This document shows, piece after piece, positions 13,706 through 26,291 of a stretch of 64,000 bases of DNA (positions are counted from its first letter, which is position 1; every line of letters begins with the position of its first letter). Made by a program: the position numbers and the translations under genes. Under the pieces are notes generated by a model, which saw only the letters and a list, made by a program, of their open reading frames with translations, had not been told where the DNA came from and did no database searches. Origin of the DNA: Octopus vulgaris (Eukaryota); NCBI GenBank assembly GCA_951406725.2, contig OX597839.1, forward strand, positions 38,378,001-38,442,000, written 5' to 3'.

Positions 13706-14693
13706 CCGTAGAGACAGAAAATGTAAACAACAATACGATAAAAGTAAAATATAAAATATTTGTTTTTTGATTCGTTCTTTTTTGTGTATATTCCTTGTTC
13801 TTAAATATTGCGTGTGTATATACACATGTTTCGTTCTTTTTTGTGTATATTCCTTTTTTTCTTAAATATTGCGTGTGTATACATAAAAGTATTTGTGCGT
13901 ATAGACACGGAGAAAGTTTGTAAACAAATGAAATTTTTGATTTTTTTGCAGTGTAGTCCGTCACATTAAATAGTGTGATTTATTTTCACTCTGCACGTAT
14001 ATACATGTGTGCTACAAGTATCTATGTATGTATGTATGTCACTGCTTTATAAATTTTGGACGTACTTACTGTCGTTCAACGATTTCTTTACCCTCAACTA
14101 CACGTGGTGAATTCTTCCATTGTAGATCTGTGGTGGTCATCATATATCTTCACAAATTAAAGTTAAGGTATATAACACATACATCCTCTCATCTTTGCTA
14201 TATGGGATAGCAGACTACGTGCTGATACGAGTGCTGCCAGTTGAAAGCTCCACTTACTAGACACTATAGGGTTTTATGGAGTCATCAGGATAGAATGTGC
14301 GTCTTTTGGTAAGAAGTACCAGCTGATAATGTAAACAACAATACGATAAAAGTAAAATATAAAATATTTAGCAAACATATAAAATATGTTTAGCAAACAG
14401 TTCTACGACTATGTTGAACGCTATCTCAACCAGATATGAGGAAGAAACCACTAAAACCAGCAATGTTACTTTCTTCCAAAGACAGGGGTATTTATTTTGT
14501 TGCTCAAATTATAGTTCTTCATAAAAATCTGGTCAAAATCTGGTCAAAATAGCAACTGGAGTATTAAAGTGCAGATATGGCTGCGAGGTTAAGAAGTTTG
14601 CTTTCTAACCATGTGGTTTTGGGTTCAATCTAGCTGCATGGCACCTTGAGCAAGTGTCTTCTACTATAACCCTAGTTCACCAAAGCACTATAA

Positions 14694-15108
14694 GGCTGCG
14701 AGCTGGCAGAAACATTAGCACACCGGGCGAAATGCTTAGCGGTATTTTGTCTGCCGTTATGTTCTGAGTTCAGATTCTGCTGAGGTCAACTTTGCCTTTC
14801 ATCCTTTCGGGGCGATAAATTAAGTACCAGTTATGCACTGGGGTCGATATAATCGACTTAATCCATCTGTCTGTCCTTGTTTGTCTTCTCTGTGTTTAGC
14901 CCCTTGTGGGTAGTAAAGAAATAGGTATTTTGTCTGCCGTTACGTTCTGAGTTCAAATTCTGCCAAGGTCAACTTTGCCTTTCATCCTTTCGGAGTCGAT
15001 AAATTAAGTACCAGTTGCACACTGGGCCAATGTAATCGACTTAATCCCTTTGTCTGTCCTTGTTTGTCCCCTCTATGTTTAGCCCCTTATGGGCAATAAA
15101 GAAATAAG
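14694..15108 (+). mobile_element. SINE family B (GGCGGCGAGCTGGCAGAA... head), partially dimeric
   Basis: Recurrent ~230-bp unit ending CCCCTTGTGGG..TAAAGAAATA; other copies at 36863-37072(-), 40346-40560(+), 40964-41194(-), 44697-44901(-), 61200-61612(-). Confidence 0.8.
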
Positions 15109-15214
15109 AACCCTAGTTGACCAAAGCACTATGTATGGACTGGGTAACTAGAAACTGAAAAGAAGCCTACCATACATCCACCTACCTACCCAACACAAAC
15201 ACACACACATTTAC

Positions 15215-15245
<31 letters not shown>

Positions 15246-15605
15246 TGTATGTATGCATGCATGCATGCATGTATGTATGTATGGATGCATGCATGCATGC
15301 CATTATTCAGTCTTATTTCAAGATTTCTTGCTAATAGAGAAAGAAACAGCTTTCAACCTAGAATCAAGGCTCCTTCATTGAAATTTCAACATCAACAGGG
15401 TATTTTTGTATGTATGTATGTATGTATGTATGTGTGTGTGTGTGTGTGTGCGCCCGTGTGTGTGTGTGTGTGTGTGTGTGTATGCAAGCAGATTTGTATG
15501 TTTCATTTTATGTATGGATATAGTTGCTTGTCTAGACATGCTTTATGTATGTATGCCTATATGTGTGTATTTATGTATGCATGTATTTTCTTTTTTTTTT
15601 TTTTT

Positions 15606-15992
15606 TACTTGTTTCAGTCATTTTGACTGCGGCCATGCTGAAGCACCGCCTTTAATAGAGCAACTCGATCCCGGGACTTATTCTTTGTAAGCCCAGTACT
15701 TATTCTATCGGTCTCTTTTGCCGAACCGCTAAGTGACGGGGACATAAACACACCAGCATCGGTTGTCAAGCAATGCTAGGGGGACAAACACAGACACACA
15801 AACATACACGCACATACATATATATACATATATACGACGAGCTTCTTTCAGTTTCCGTCTACCAAATCCACTCACAAGGCTTTGGTCGGCCCGAGGCTAT
15901 AGTAGAAGACACTTGCCCAAGGTGCCACGCAGTGGGACTGAACCCGGAACCATGTGGTTGGTAAACAAGCTACTTACCACACAGCCACTCGC
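15606..15992 (-). mobile_element. tRNA-derived SINE family A
   Basis: Pol III A box TGGCTGTGTGG and B box GGTTCAGTCCC, internal (TA)n(TG)n, tail GAAACAAGTAAAAGA; many copies in the window. Confidence 0.85.
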
Positions 15993-16250
15993 TTAGTATG
16001 TGAGAAAGTTTGCAAGTTGATTGCAGTTCTGAAAAAAACATATAGCAGTACACAAAGATCATATCCCACAAAGTGACCCCAATCAATCCAGTGAGTGTTA
16101 CACCTTTCATCTGTCACCTATATTTCAAATGCAGATCTGCAACTGGACTGACTAACCATCTGAAAGGTCATGGACTGAAAGTTAGAAATGCCACTGACAA
16201 CAAAGAAGCACAGAGAGACAGCAATTACTTGTGTATGTGTGTGCGCCCGC

Positions 16251-16282
<32 letters not shown>

Positions 16283-16790
16283 GTGTATGCGTGTGTGTAC
16301 ATGCGCACGCAGTAGTTGCAAATGAGTATCACCATTAAACAAACAGTATCTTTTGTTTACAACCTTCCATGGAAACATATCCAAACATAGGAATATATAT
16401 CATCTTAGATCTAAAAGAAGCAAACTGTGAACATTGGAGATTGGCATATCATCAGTCACATGTCTACACACAGATAATAGCATAACATCTTTTTGAAATT
16501 CTAATCTCAGCAAAGATTTTATATATATATATATGTTTAAAATATAAGTAATAGGCTCAGACTTGACTGTGCGATAAGAAGTTTGCTATTCCAGCTACAT
16601 GGTCTCAAGTTCAGTCCCATTGTGTACCAACTTGGGCTAGTGCCTCCGACCATTGCCCCAGGTTGACCAAAGATTTGCGAGGGAATTTCATAGACAGAAA
16701 CTGTAAAACTGAAAGTTTATTGGATGTGTGTGTATACATATATATATATATGTATATATATACATATATGTATGTGTGGTGTCTATATAT

Positions 16791-16970
16791 CATCGTCATC
16801 ATCATCATCATTCAGCGTCTGCTTTCCATGCTAGCATGGGTTGGACGGTTCAACAGGGGTCTGGGAAGCCAGAAGGCTGCCCCAGGCCCAGTCTGATCTG
16901 GCAGTGTTTCTACAGCTGGATGCCCTTCCTAACGCCAACCACTCCGTGAGTGTAGTGGGTGCGTTTTACA
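16791..16970 (-). mobile_element. RTE-type LINE 3'UTR fragment ending in (GAT)n
   Basis: Same tail as 41715-42320, which still carries RTE coding remnants; also at 19975-20130(+), 26329-26780(-), 51350-51420(+). Confidence 0.65.
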
Positions 16971-17454
16971 TGAGGATTTACGGTATGTTTTAGATGGTGT
17001 ATATTCCGCTTATGTAGGAATTTAATATTTTAAAAAATTCTGTGGTTAGGAAGAGAGGTTTCGGGAAATTCACATGAGTTGACTTTGTTTCCTCATAACT
17101 TGGGTATTTTTTAATGAAATTTGCTACAAATACTTTTCAGAATGTATACATTCAGATTATATTGGAATTTGATGTGAAAAGGAAAATAGTGGCACACATC
17201 ACAATTTCTTTCGAAATCTCAAGTTTCATTTTGTACATATATATGATATCCATTAGTACATATGTGCATAAAAGCCCACCATTTTTGTATTTTCTTTTGT
17301 CATATTAAAACCCCAGCGTTTTCGATAGCCGCTCATGAAAAAGTGAAAGTCTTTCTTCGGCAATTTCTTGATTTCAGCAACTATTTTCGGAAAAAAAAAT
17401 TTGCCCCCTACCCCTCCACCTCCAGTTTCTTCATTTCTCGCTTGTTTCCGTAAC

Positions 17455-17581
17455 TCTAATCCTAAATCCCAACCCTAACCCTAAAACCCAAAACCAAACC
17501 CTAACTCTAAAACCCTAACCATAAAACCTAGCTCTAAAACCCTAACCCTAAAACCCTAACCTAGCTCTAAAACCCAAACCC
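17455..17581 (+). repeat. Degenerate interstitial telomere-like (CCCTAA)n tract
   Basis: Repeated CCCTAA / CCCTAAAA / CTCTAAAA units. Confidence 0.8.
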
Positions 17582-17830
17582 GGATCTTTTCTTTTGGAAA
17601 GCCAGATTTTTCAGATTTTTCTAGTTAACTAAATAATTTGAAACTTCGTATACTGGTAGAATGTGTGAAAAGAAATCAATAATTTCAACTAGTTTTTTTT
17701 GACAAAAATATATTTTATAAGTTTAAACGTAGTTCAAATCTTCGAATTTTAACCAATCATATTGTCTGTTTTCATTTGAAATTATTAGCTGCATAGTGTT
17801 AATGTGACGTAGATAGCTATTTTGTGAGTG
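17582..17830 (+). mobile_element. Orphan, more diverged left TIR of the GGATC family
   Basis: GGATCTTTTCTTTTGGAAAGCCAGATTTTT...GAAACTTCGTATACTGGTAGAATGTGT matches the 3765 and 18661 TIRs. Confidence 0.75.
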
Positions 17831-18263
17831 GGTAAGCAGTAAGCAAACAGCTGTGGTAGATGTGGTTATCATGGCAGTGGTGGTAGTGGTGACAGTGGAT
17901 GTGTATGATGGCAGCAATTATAGTGTTGGTGTTTTTGTAGAGGTGGTGGTGGTGGTGGCGGCGGCAGTGGATGATGATGATAATGATGATGATAGTAGTA
18001 GTAGCATTGATAATGTTAGGATGTCTCATGGATGGTAGTGTTGGTGTGTGTGTGTGTGTGTGTATGTATGGATCAAAACAGTTTGATTCAAATTCTGTGG
18101 TACTTATATATTCATACATACATATACATGTAGATGTATATAACATATATATATTGTATGTAAACATCTTTTATATATATATATATAATGTATGCATCTA
18201 TAATACACACACATTATAAATATATACACATATATGCATATGCATTAGAATATGTGTGTATAG

Positions 18264-18300
<37 letters not shown>

Positions 18301-19059
18301 TATGTTTGTATACATGTGTGTGTAGCTATTTAGGATCTACACAAATTTTATATATACTCCACGAAGTTTATGATAAGCGGAGATGTTTACATTTTAGTTA
18401 CCTGTTTACGTTAACTACGTCACAAAATAGCTGTTTACGTCACAGTAACAATATTTTGAGAGGCAGTAAATAATATGAGGCCGAAAGAAAGAATACCATT
18501 GGTTAAAATTCGAATTATTAAACAACGTTAAACTTAGAAATTACAATTCCGTTTTCATTTTGGTTAACAATTATGTTTTCTTTTGACACATTCTACCAGT
18601 ATACGAAGTTTCAAATTGTTTAGTTGACTAGGAAAATCTGGCTTTCAAAAAGAAAAGATCCCAGTTACGCACTGGGGTCGATGTAATCGACTTAATCTCC
18701 TTGTCTGTCCTTGTTTGTCCCCTCTGTGTTTAGCCCCTTGTGGGTAATAAAGAAACGGGTACTATAATTGATAGTGATTGCTGGTGATCTTGTCTTTCGT
18801 GGCCTCTCATCGAAAATATTCCAACTTTGTTTTTTCTCTTTTTTTTTTTTTTCACTTGTTTTCACTCATTGAATAGAGGCCATGATGGAGCACCACATTC
18901 ATACATTTTAGTCGAACAAATTAATCCGAGTACTTCTCCTTTTTTCTTCTTTTCTTTAAGTTTGGTTCTCATTCTATCGGAATATTTTGTCAAACACTAA
19001 ATCGCGGAAACATAAACAAACACTATCAAGTAGTTGTGTGTGTGTGTGTGAATGATGGG

Positions 19060-19730
19060 GTTTCAGTCATTTGATTGTGGCCATGCTGGAGCACCGCCTT
19101 TTTAGCCGAGCAAATCGACCCAGGGACTTATACTTTGTAAACCTAGTACTTATTCTACCGGCCTCTTTTGCCGAACCGCAAAAGTTACGAGGATGTAAAC
19201 ACACCAGCATCGGTTGTCAAGCGATGTTGGGGGTACAAACACAGACACACAAACATATACACACACATATACAAATATGCATACTAGCAGTATTGCCCGG
19301 CGTTGCTCGGGTTTGTATGGGAAATAACTATATAAGCATTTTTAGAGAGTTACTTACCTTATATAAACCGAGCAAAAAATGCATTAAAAAACGAAAAAAA
19401 TGAAGGTAAATTTTTTTTTTAAATCGTAGACTCATCGTAGACGCGCGCTAATACCCAGAAGGGCTCGATATGAATCACGACTATAAGATACCCGCTTTTG
19501 GTTAAACTGCACCACAAAATGTGGGAGTAGTTAGGAATCTAAATCGGAGGAGACAAACTCTCACACAACTTCAGTTTTATGTATAAAGATATACGACGGG
19601 CTTCTTTCCGTCTACGAAATCGGCACGAGGCTATCGTAGAAGACACTTGCCCAAGGTGCCACACAGTGGGACTGAACCCAGAACCATGTGGTTCGTAAGC
19701 AAACTACTTACCACACAGCCACTCCTATGC
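19060..19730 (-). mobile_element. SINE family A interrupted by a Helitron
   Basis: SINE tail at 19060-19280 and head at 19590-19730. Confidence 0.8.
19284..19589 (-). mobile_element. Non-autonomous Helitron, complete
   Basis: 5' A|TCTTTAT..., 3' hairpin plus CTAG|T on the minus strand, no TSD. Confidence 0.85.
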
Positions 19731-20279
19731 CTATGGAAAGTGTTGAAAAGTTTCTGGCTTTGATTAAAAGAGAGCAAGACCCTAACCACATATATACAGG
19801 TTTGACCAGAAGTCACCCAACAGTAAATCACAACTCCATAAATACCATCTGCAATTCTGTATTGAGCCAAATGCAAAAATGTGTCGCTCAAGAAGGACTT
19901 CAGTTTGAATAATTTTCATGATGTTTCATATTTCTATGCTTTTTATTAAATTCACTCAGTTCTTAAAAATCATGCAGTGGTTGGCATTAGGAAGGGCATC
20001 CAGCTGTAGAAACACTGTCAGATCAGACTGGAGCCTGGTGCAGCCTCCTGGCTTCCCAGACCCCGGTCGAACTGTCCAGCCCATGCTAGCATGGAAAGCA
20101 GACGTTAAACAATGATGATGAGGATGATGAAATTTGGAATTAAATGGTTTTGATTTACTGTCAGGTGACTTTTGGCCAACCTTGTATAACTGAAGGTGTT
20201 GTGATTGTGGAACTCAGGTTCACAAGATCACGATTTCTGTTCGTAGACCACTCATATATTCATCAACTGATTGGTTTAT

Positions 20280-20677
20280 ACTCTTTTACCTGTTTCAGTC
20301 ATTTGACTGCGACCATGCTGGAGCACTGCCTTTAGTCGAGCAAATCGACCCCGGGACTTATTCTTTTGTAAGCCCAGCACTTATTCTATCGGTCTCTTTT
20401 GCCGAACCGCTAAGTGACGGGAACGTAAACACACCAGCATCGGTTGTCAAGCAATGCTAGGGGGACAAACACAGACACACATACACACACACACACACAT
20501 ATATATACATATATACGACGGGCTTCTTTCAGTTTCCGTCTACCAAATCCACTCACAAGGCATTGGTCGGCCCGGGGCTATAGCAGAAGACACTTGCCCA
20601 AGGTGCCACGCAGTGGGACTGAACCCGGAACCATGTGGTTGGTAAGCAAGCTACTTACTACACAGCCGCTCCTGCGT
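20280..20677 (-). mobile_element. tRNA-derived SINE family A, full length
   Basis: A/B boxes, body and tail as at 15606. Confidence 0.88.
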
Positions 20678-21569
20678 CTATTATATTAATATTTACACTA
20701 CAAAGTATTATAGATCCATTTCAGCTGATATTGCTAATGGGCTTTGCTCACTTTGCAAAGCAATATCTCTGATGAGCACAGTCTTGGGCTTTCACCTATG
20801 CCATGTGTGAAACCAATTTGTAAAACTGGCTGAAATGGATCGGTAATACTGTATAATGTGTGTGTGTGTGTGTGTGATGAAGGAGAGACAGAGAGAAAGG
20901 AATCATAAATCCAAGAGAAATAAAAAGTAAACATTTTATTCAATAAAGTGTGACAGTGGTTGGCGATGAACAACAGGGGGAGCCACTTGTGCCACATTAT
21001 CGGTATTTGACAATTATCAAAAGCCACAGAACAAGGGAATACACACATATATATACATACATACATACATACACAAACGTATGTATGTTTATATGTAGTT
21101 ATGTATGCATGTGTATGTATATATCTATGTATATGTATGTATGTATGTATGTATATGAGTGTATGTATATATGTGTGCAAGTATGTGTTATATATATATA
21201 TATGTATATACATATGTGTGTGTGTGTGTGTGTGTTTGTGTATGAATGTATTGATGTATGTATGTATCTGTGTATATATCTATGTATGTGAGTGCGCATA
21301 TTTATATACATATACACACACATCTTATCAGTATGTAGAAACAGGGGTGATGGGGAAAATAGGACATAAGGCATATAACAGCGTCTGTTACTCATTCAAA
21401 GTAGTTGATAGATTTTTACCAATACTCCGAGTTTCTTGTTTTAAATGATCTTTATTTCTGTATGCACATGTGTGAGTAATTGCATGTACACATGTATGTG
21501 TGTGTGTGTGTGTGTGTGTGAGTATGTATGTATGTATGTATGTATGTATGTATGTATGTATGTATGTAC

Positions 21570-21634
<65 letters not shown>

Positions 21635-21814
21635 AATGTATGTATGTATGTATTTGTGTGTCTGAGAAGCTGAAGACAGTGAAAGCTCTTATAGGAAATT
21701 CTCTATCCATTAAGTCAGCATGAATCTGCTTTTTTTAAAGATTCTTTTCATAGAGATGATAATCATTAATTTAAGAAAATGCTTTTTTTTACATTTATAC
21801 ATATACATACATGC

Positions 21815-21849
<35 letters not shown>

Positions 21850-22213
21850 GAAGGGGAGGGAGAAGGAGAGGAGAAGAAGAAGAAGGAGGACAAGGACAAG
21901 AAGAAGAATGGGTTCTTCCATTGCTTTCGTCAGATGAGGGTCTAACAGCAATTTTTTTGCATTTTCGTTTTCTCTTTCCGTTTTGCTTTCTGATGTGTCT
22001 CTCTCTTTCTTATGAGGCTTTTTAATCCAGCCAAAGATTTGCAGACAAGTCTACAGATTAGACACAAGAAAGAATTGTTAAGCAAAGGGGATGGCATCTT
22101 AAAGCAAGGCTCAAATTTTGTCCTCAGTTCATGATCTTGGTGGTCCATGTCTCAGTTCTTTATGGATTTCCATAGCATGTTACCCTCCATTCATTGTGTT
22201 TCAATGCATATAC

Positions 22214-22259
<46 letters not shown>

Positions 22260-22582
22260 GTATATATATACATACATATACGTGTGCATATATATATATA
22301 TATATGTGTAAATATACATATGTATGTATATATACATACATATATATATATATATATATGTATGTATATATACATATGTCTATTTACACATACACATATA
22401 TATATATATATATGTGTGTGTGTTGATTCGTCATATCTGCGTATGAATATTTGCAAGTTCTGTTGAAATAAACAAACATAAATTATGGGACAGGAAGGTT
22501 ACTCTTATGATGTGTGTGTGGTGTGTGTGTGTGTTGTGTGTGTGTGTGTGAGGAGCAAATGCTGTGTTACTTGATGATGTCT

Positions 22583-22624
22583 TCAAGTTGTTGGTGACTT
22601 CAACAACTCATAATACATGAAGTC
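22583..22624 (-). CDS. PLSCR: Scramblase last coding exon ([13 protein letters not shown])
   Basis: TTTGCAG acceptor; DFM..E completes the C-terminal helix; TGA at 22585-22583. Confidence 0.9.
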   Translation of the reverse strand, partial: DFMYYELLKSPTT

Positions 22625-23068
22625 CTGCAAATATAAAAAAGAAAAAATACAGCATTAATATAAGATATATGGGTGCATGTGTGTTTGTATGTGTTTGTTT
22701 GTGTATGTGTGTATGTATGTGTGTATATATATGTATGTATGCATGCATGCATATATGTATGTATGTTTAGCTGTAGGCTGAACAATACAGACCAAAATAT
22801 ACAAATATATAAAATATACAAATATATAAAATATACACTAGGTCAAAAAAGATGAACAAGTGTAAATATATACATACATATATATGTATGTGTGTACGTA
22901 TATGTGTGTAATGTGTCCATCTGTTCTAATTTAATTACATTCTATGTCTTTGTGCAGCTGAAGATTGCTCTACATTTCAAATTGATGTAACGATTGCATT
23001 GTTCAATTAAATGGAGTTGCATGAAACGATTGTACTGCATTACCTCTGGATATCCTTGTCGCTTATTT

Positions 23069-23114
<46 letters not shown>

Positions 23115-24258
23115 ACATATATCTATGTGCGCGCGTGTGTGTTGTGTATCTATATATATATATACGTACATATATACATATGTAGTGATGGAAGCTAGAC
23201 AGACTCTGAAGCTCTTACTTACAATGAGAAAGACAGATCCTAGCAAAGTGGCTTTCATGTTCACATCAAGGTCCATTGGAACTGAAGAGAAAGAAGAAAG
23301 AAATAAGAAATATCAGAAGAAGGATGGTGGTGGTTTTAGTGATTGTGCTGGTGGTGGTGGTGGTGCTGCTGCTGCTGGTGATGGTGGTGGTGGTTGTTGT
23401 TCTGGTTTTGGTGGTGATTTAATAATGGATATCCATGGCTGATTGTTCATATAAATGTATGTGTCCATGTGAGTGTGTGTGTGTGCATGCATGTGTATGT
23501 GAGCATCCTTGCATGTCTGAGTGCATGTGTGTGTGTGTATTTGTGTGTGTGTGTGTGTGTGTGTGTATGAAGGCATATGGCTTAGTGGTTAGGGTGTTGA
23601 ATATATATTCCACAGAATCTGGGAAACTGGCTTTATGAGTCTATAGCTCAGGAAATGCTTTTAGGGGGTGCGTGGCTCAGTTGTTAAGACATTGGACTCA
23701 TGATTGTAAGATTATGGTTTCTGTTCCTGTACAGGGCAATGCATTGTTTTCTTGAGCAAAACACTTCATTTCATGCTGCACTCAGCTGGCAGAAGTGAGT
23801 AACCCAGTGATTCCATACTTGTAGACTAATTGATGTAAGTGTTCCCACTGATAAAAATATATTTTTTAAAAAAGAAATTTGACAACCTAAGTAAATATAA
23901 GGACCTGGAAATTGAAATAAGATAGATGTGGCATCTTAAAGCGAGAACTGTTCCTGTTATTGCGGGTGCCCTAGGTATGATAAGAAAGGAATGTCAGAAA
24001 CATCTAGATAAGATCCCAGGAGAACCATGTCTCAGTGAAATTCAAAAGATTGTGCTTACAAGTACTGCCCACATCCTTAGAAAACCCCTATCCATTTAAA
24101 TGTCTGTGTTGCATTGCATGAAGATCTTTTGCTACTGCCCCTGCCTCTTCCCCACCCCAAGCTTTCAGTCATACTGTAATATCTCTTATCCTTCACTCGC
24201 CCTAGGACACTGGGTGTGTCTTGGCAAGTGTCTGTAATAAAGATGCAGATTAAAAGTA

Positions 24259-24289
<31 letters not shown>

Positions 24290-25392
24290 TTGTTTTGTCT
24301 TGGTATGAAAGATGGGCTACAGCAAATATTCTGCTCAATACCACAGATTCGCTTTTCAGTTGTTTGACCTTAGCCAGTTGAGCATGTCCCTTAGTGGCTG
24401 ATGATATGTGCATGTCTGATCACGAGCAGAAGTAGTGGGGGAGCATCATAGCCATGTGTCGAGAGGGATTCTTTGAGGTTTGAATAATTCACCTTTGGAA
24501 ACATGGGTGTTTCGTTCAACATCCTTAAACAACCCTTATTCAGGGACCTTTTGAGTGGGATGGGCTACTTGACCAGAAGAAAATTCTAACTGGCCCCACC
24601 TGCAAGGTCATGCGCTGTTTATCTTGATATGAGATTACCATGTTGTGCACATATGGTTGTGATGCATGTGCCCTGTGTACCCTTATCAGACGGGTAGTCA
24701 TGATGGGTATATTGGGCTTCGTATATTTTACCCCAGTGTCACTTTGATGGCATGCACAGCTCTCTCACTCAATAATAATAAAAAAATTTGATAATAATAA
24801 TAATAATAATGAGAAAATGTGGCATCTCAAGGCGGTTACAATACCAGTGATCGTAGGAGCACTAGGAATGATCAAGAAGGGAACCGAAAATTATATGAGA
24901 ATGATCCCTGGCTTACCATCCCTGCAAGAAGTGCAAAAGATTGTCTTAACTGGTACATCACACGTATTGAGAAGAGCATTGTCGATGTGAGAACTATTAC
25001 TACCCATGTATTTTAACTTAACTTTAAAAAAAAAAAAAAAAATGAACGAACTAGTGAGTTTAGTTTAATGGCCTACCAATGTATACTATGAGTTTCTTTG
25101 CCCTAGGAGTCGGGAAGACACTCGGCAAGAAATGGAAGCAAATTTGAAAGAAGAAAAAAAAGATAACAATAATAATAATAATAATAACAATAACAAGGAT
25201 AATAATGATAATAAACTTACATGAGATTCCAAAATTGTCAGCTTTTGTAAACATTTCCTTGACCAGTCCACTAAATTCCTTGCTGATTGTGGCCACTTTT
25301 CTGGACATATCGGGACTGTGGACCTGTTTGGGATAGACAATAATAACAACCATGTAAGTGATACCTGGGGTTATAGAAATGGCTGACAATTT

Positions 25393-25424
<32 letters not shown>

Positions 25425-26243
25425 ATCTGTCTGCATATATCACTGTATGTCTGAGTGAATGTGAGACAGAGTATCTGTATGTGTGTGAGTATATATATGA
25501 ATGTGTATGGCTGTATTTGTGTAACCAGGGTGATGGTGGTGGTGGTGGTGGTGGTGATGGTGGTGGTGGTGGTGGTGGTGTTGGCGGCGATGGTGGCGGC
25601 GGCAGCGGTGGTGATGGTGGTGGTGTGTATGTTTGTGTATGTGAGGGTTTGTGTGTGCATGTGTGTGTATGTGCATGTGTGTGTGGGGGTGTAGTGTGAA
25701 TGTCATATGTATGTCAGCGTGTGAGTGTGTGTGTGTGTGTGTGTGTGTTTAACCAACTTCAACTGTTCATTGGTAAAAATAGCCATGACCACCACCACTA
25801 AATACTCCTACAGTTCATTCTCCAATTTTCAACAACAAAGCAACAACATAGTACTTACATAAAAGTTCTGGTCCCCTATACAGCAGGGGCCAGCCCACAT
25901 ACAATACGGGCCTTGGATTTTAAAAACGACTTCATCATTCTCATTCATGACATCGAATAGGGGTCTAACGAAGCTGCATCTGTTTGAGGAGGAAACAAAA
26001 CAAGAGGTAGGGGTTAAGATGAGCAAAAGAAAGGGACTCCATGTGTGGTCACTCGGTCTGCTAGACATAGTAACCAAATCTATCTCAAATTATATGCTAC
26101 TGTCATAAGAAAGGACACCTCAGAAAATGTTGTTCTAGATAACATGTGGTTGAATAGCAGGTCAAGTTATATTGGAATATATATACTCTGTGTGTGTGTG
26201 TGACCCATTATCGTGAAGCTAGAGAAATCAGATGACCGTATAT

Positions 26244-26291
<48 letters not shown>

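Larger units (their letters stand above)
9749..13720 (-). mobile_element. Near full-length CR1/L2-group LINE (ORF1 plus APE-RT ORF2); 3' end lost in the gap
   Basis: Two-ORF architecture; ORF2 motifs typical of CR1-like elements (NYRPVSLTS, YLDFAKAF, SGVPQGSVLGPLLF, YADD, ERDLG, VRPHLEFA, TRGH.YK). Confidence 0.93.

Noticed and set aside
13706-13825. First 40 aa of the 448-aa ORF1 call
   Set aside because: Starts at a non-ATG codon in AT-rich repeated sequence; ATG 13705 is the more plausible start.
16073-16200. Zinc-finger-like peptide FICHLYFKCRSATGLTNHLKGH
   Set aside because: Lacks correct C2H2 spacing and splice context; at most a decayed LINE C-terminal remnant.
20769-20830. CTGATGA-GCACA...TGTGT-GAAAC...GTA hammerhead-like match
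   Set aside because: Stems II and III are possible but stem I does not pair; likely chance.
20700-22582. Scramblase 3'UTR end / polyA site
   Set aside because: Several minus-strand AATAAA candidates (for example 20935 and 21451) cannot be distinguished from sequence alone.
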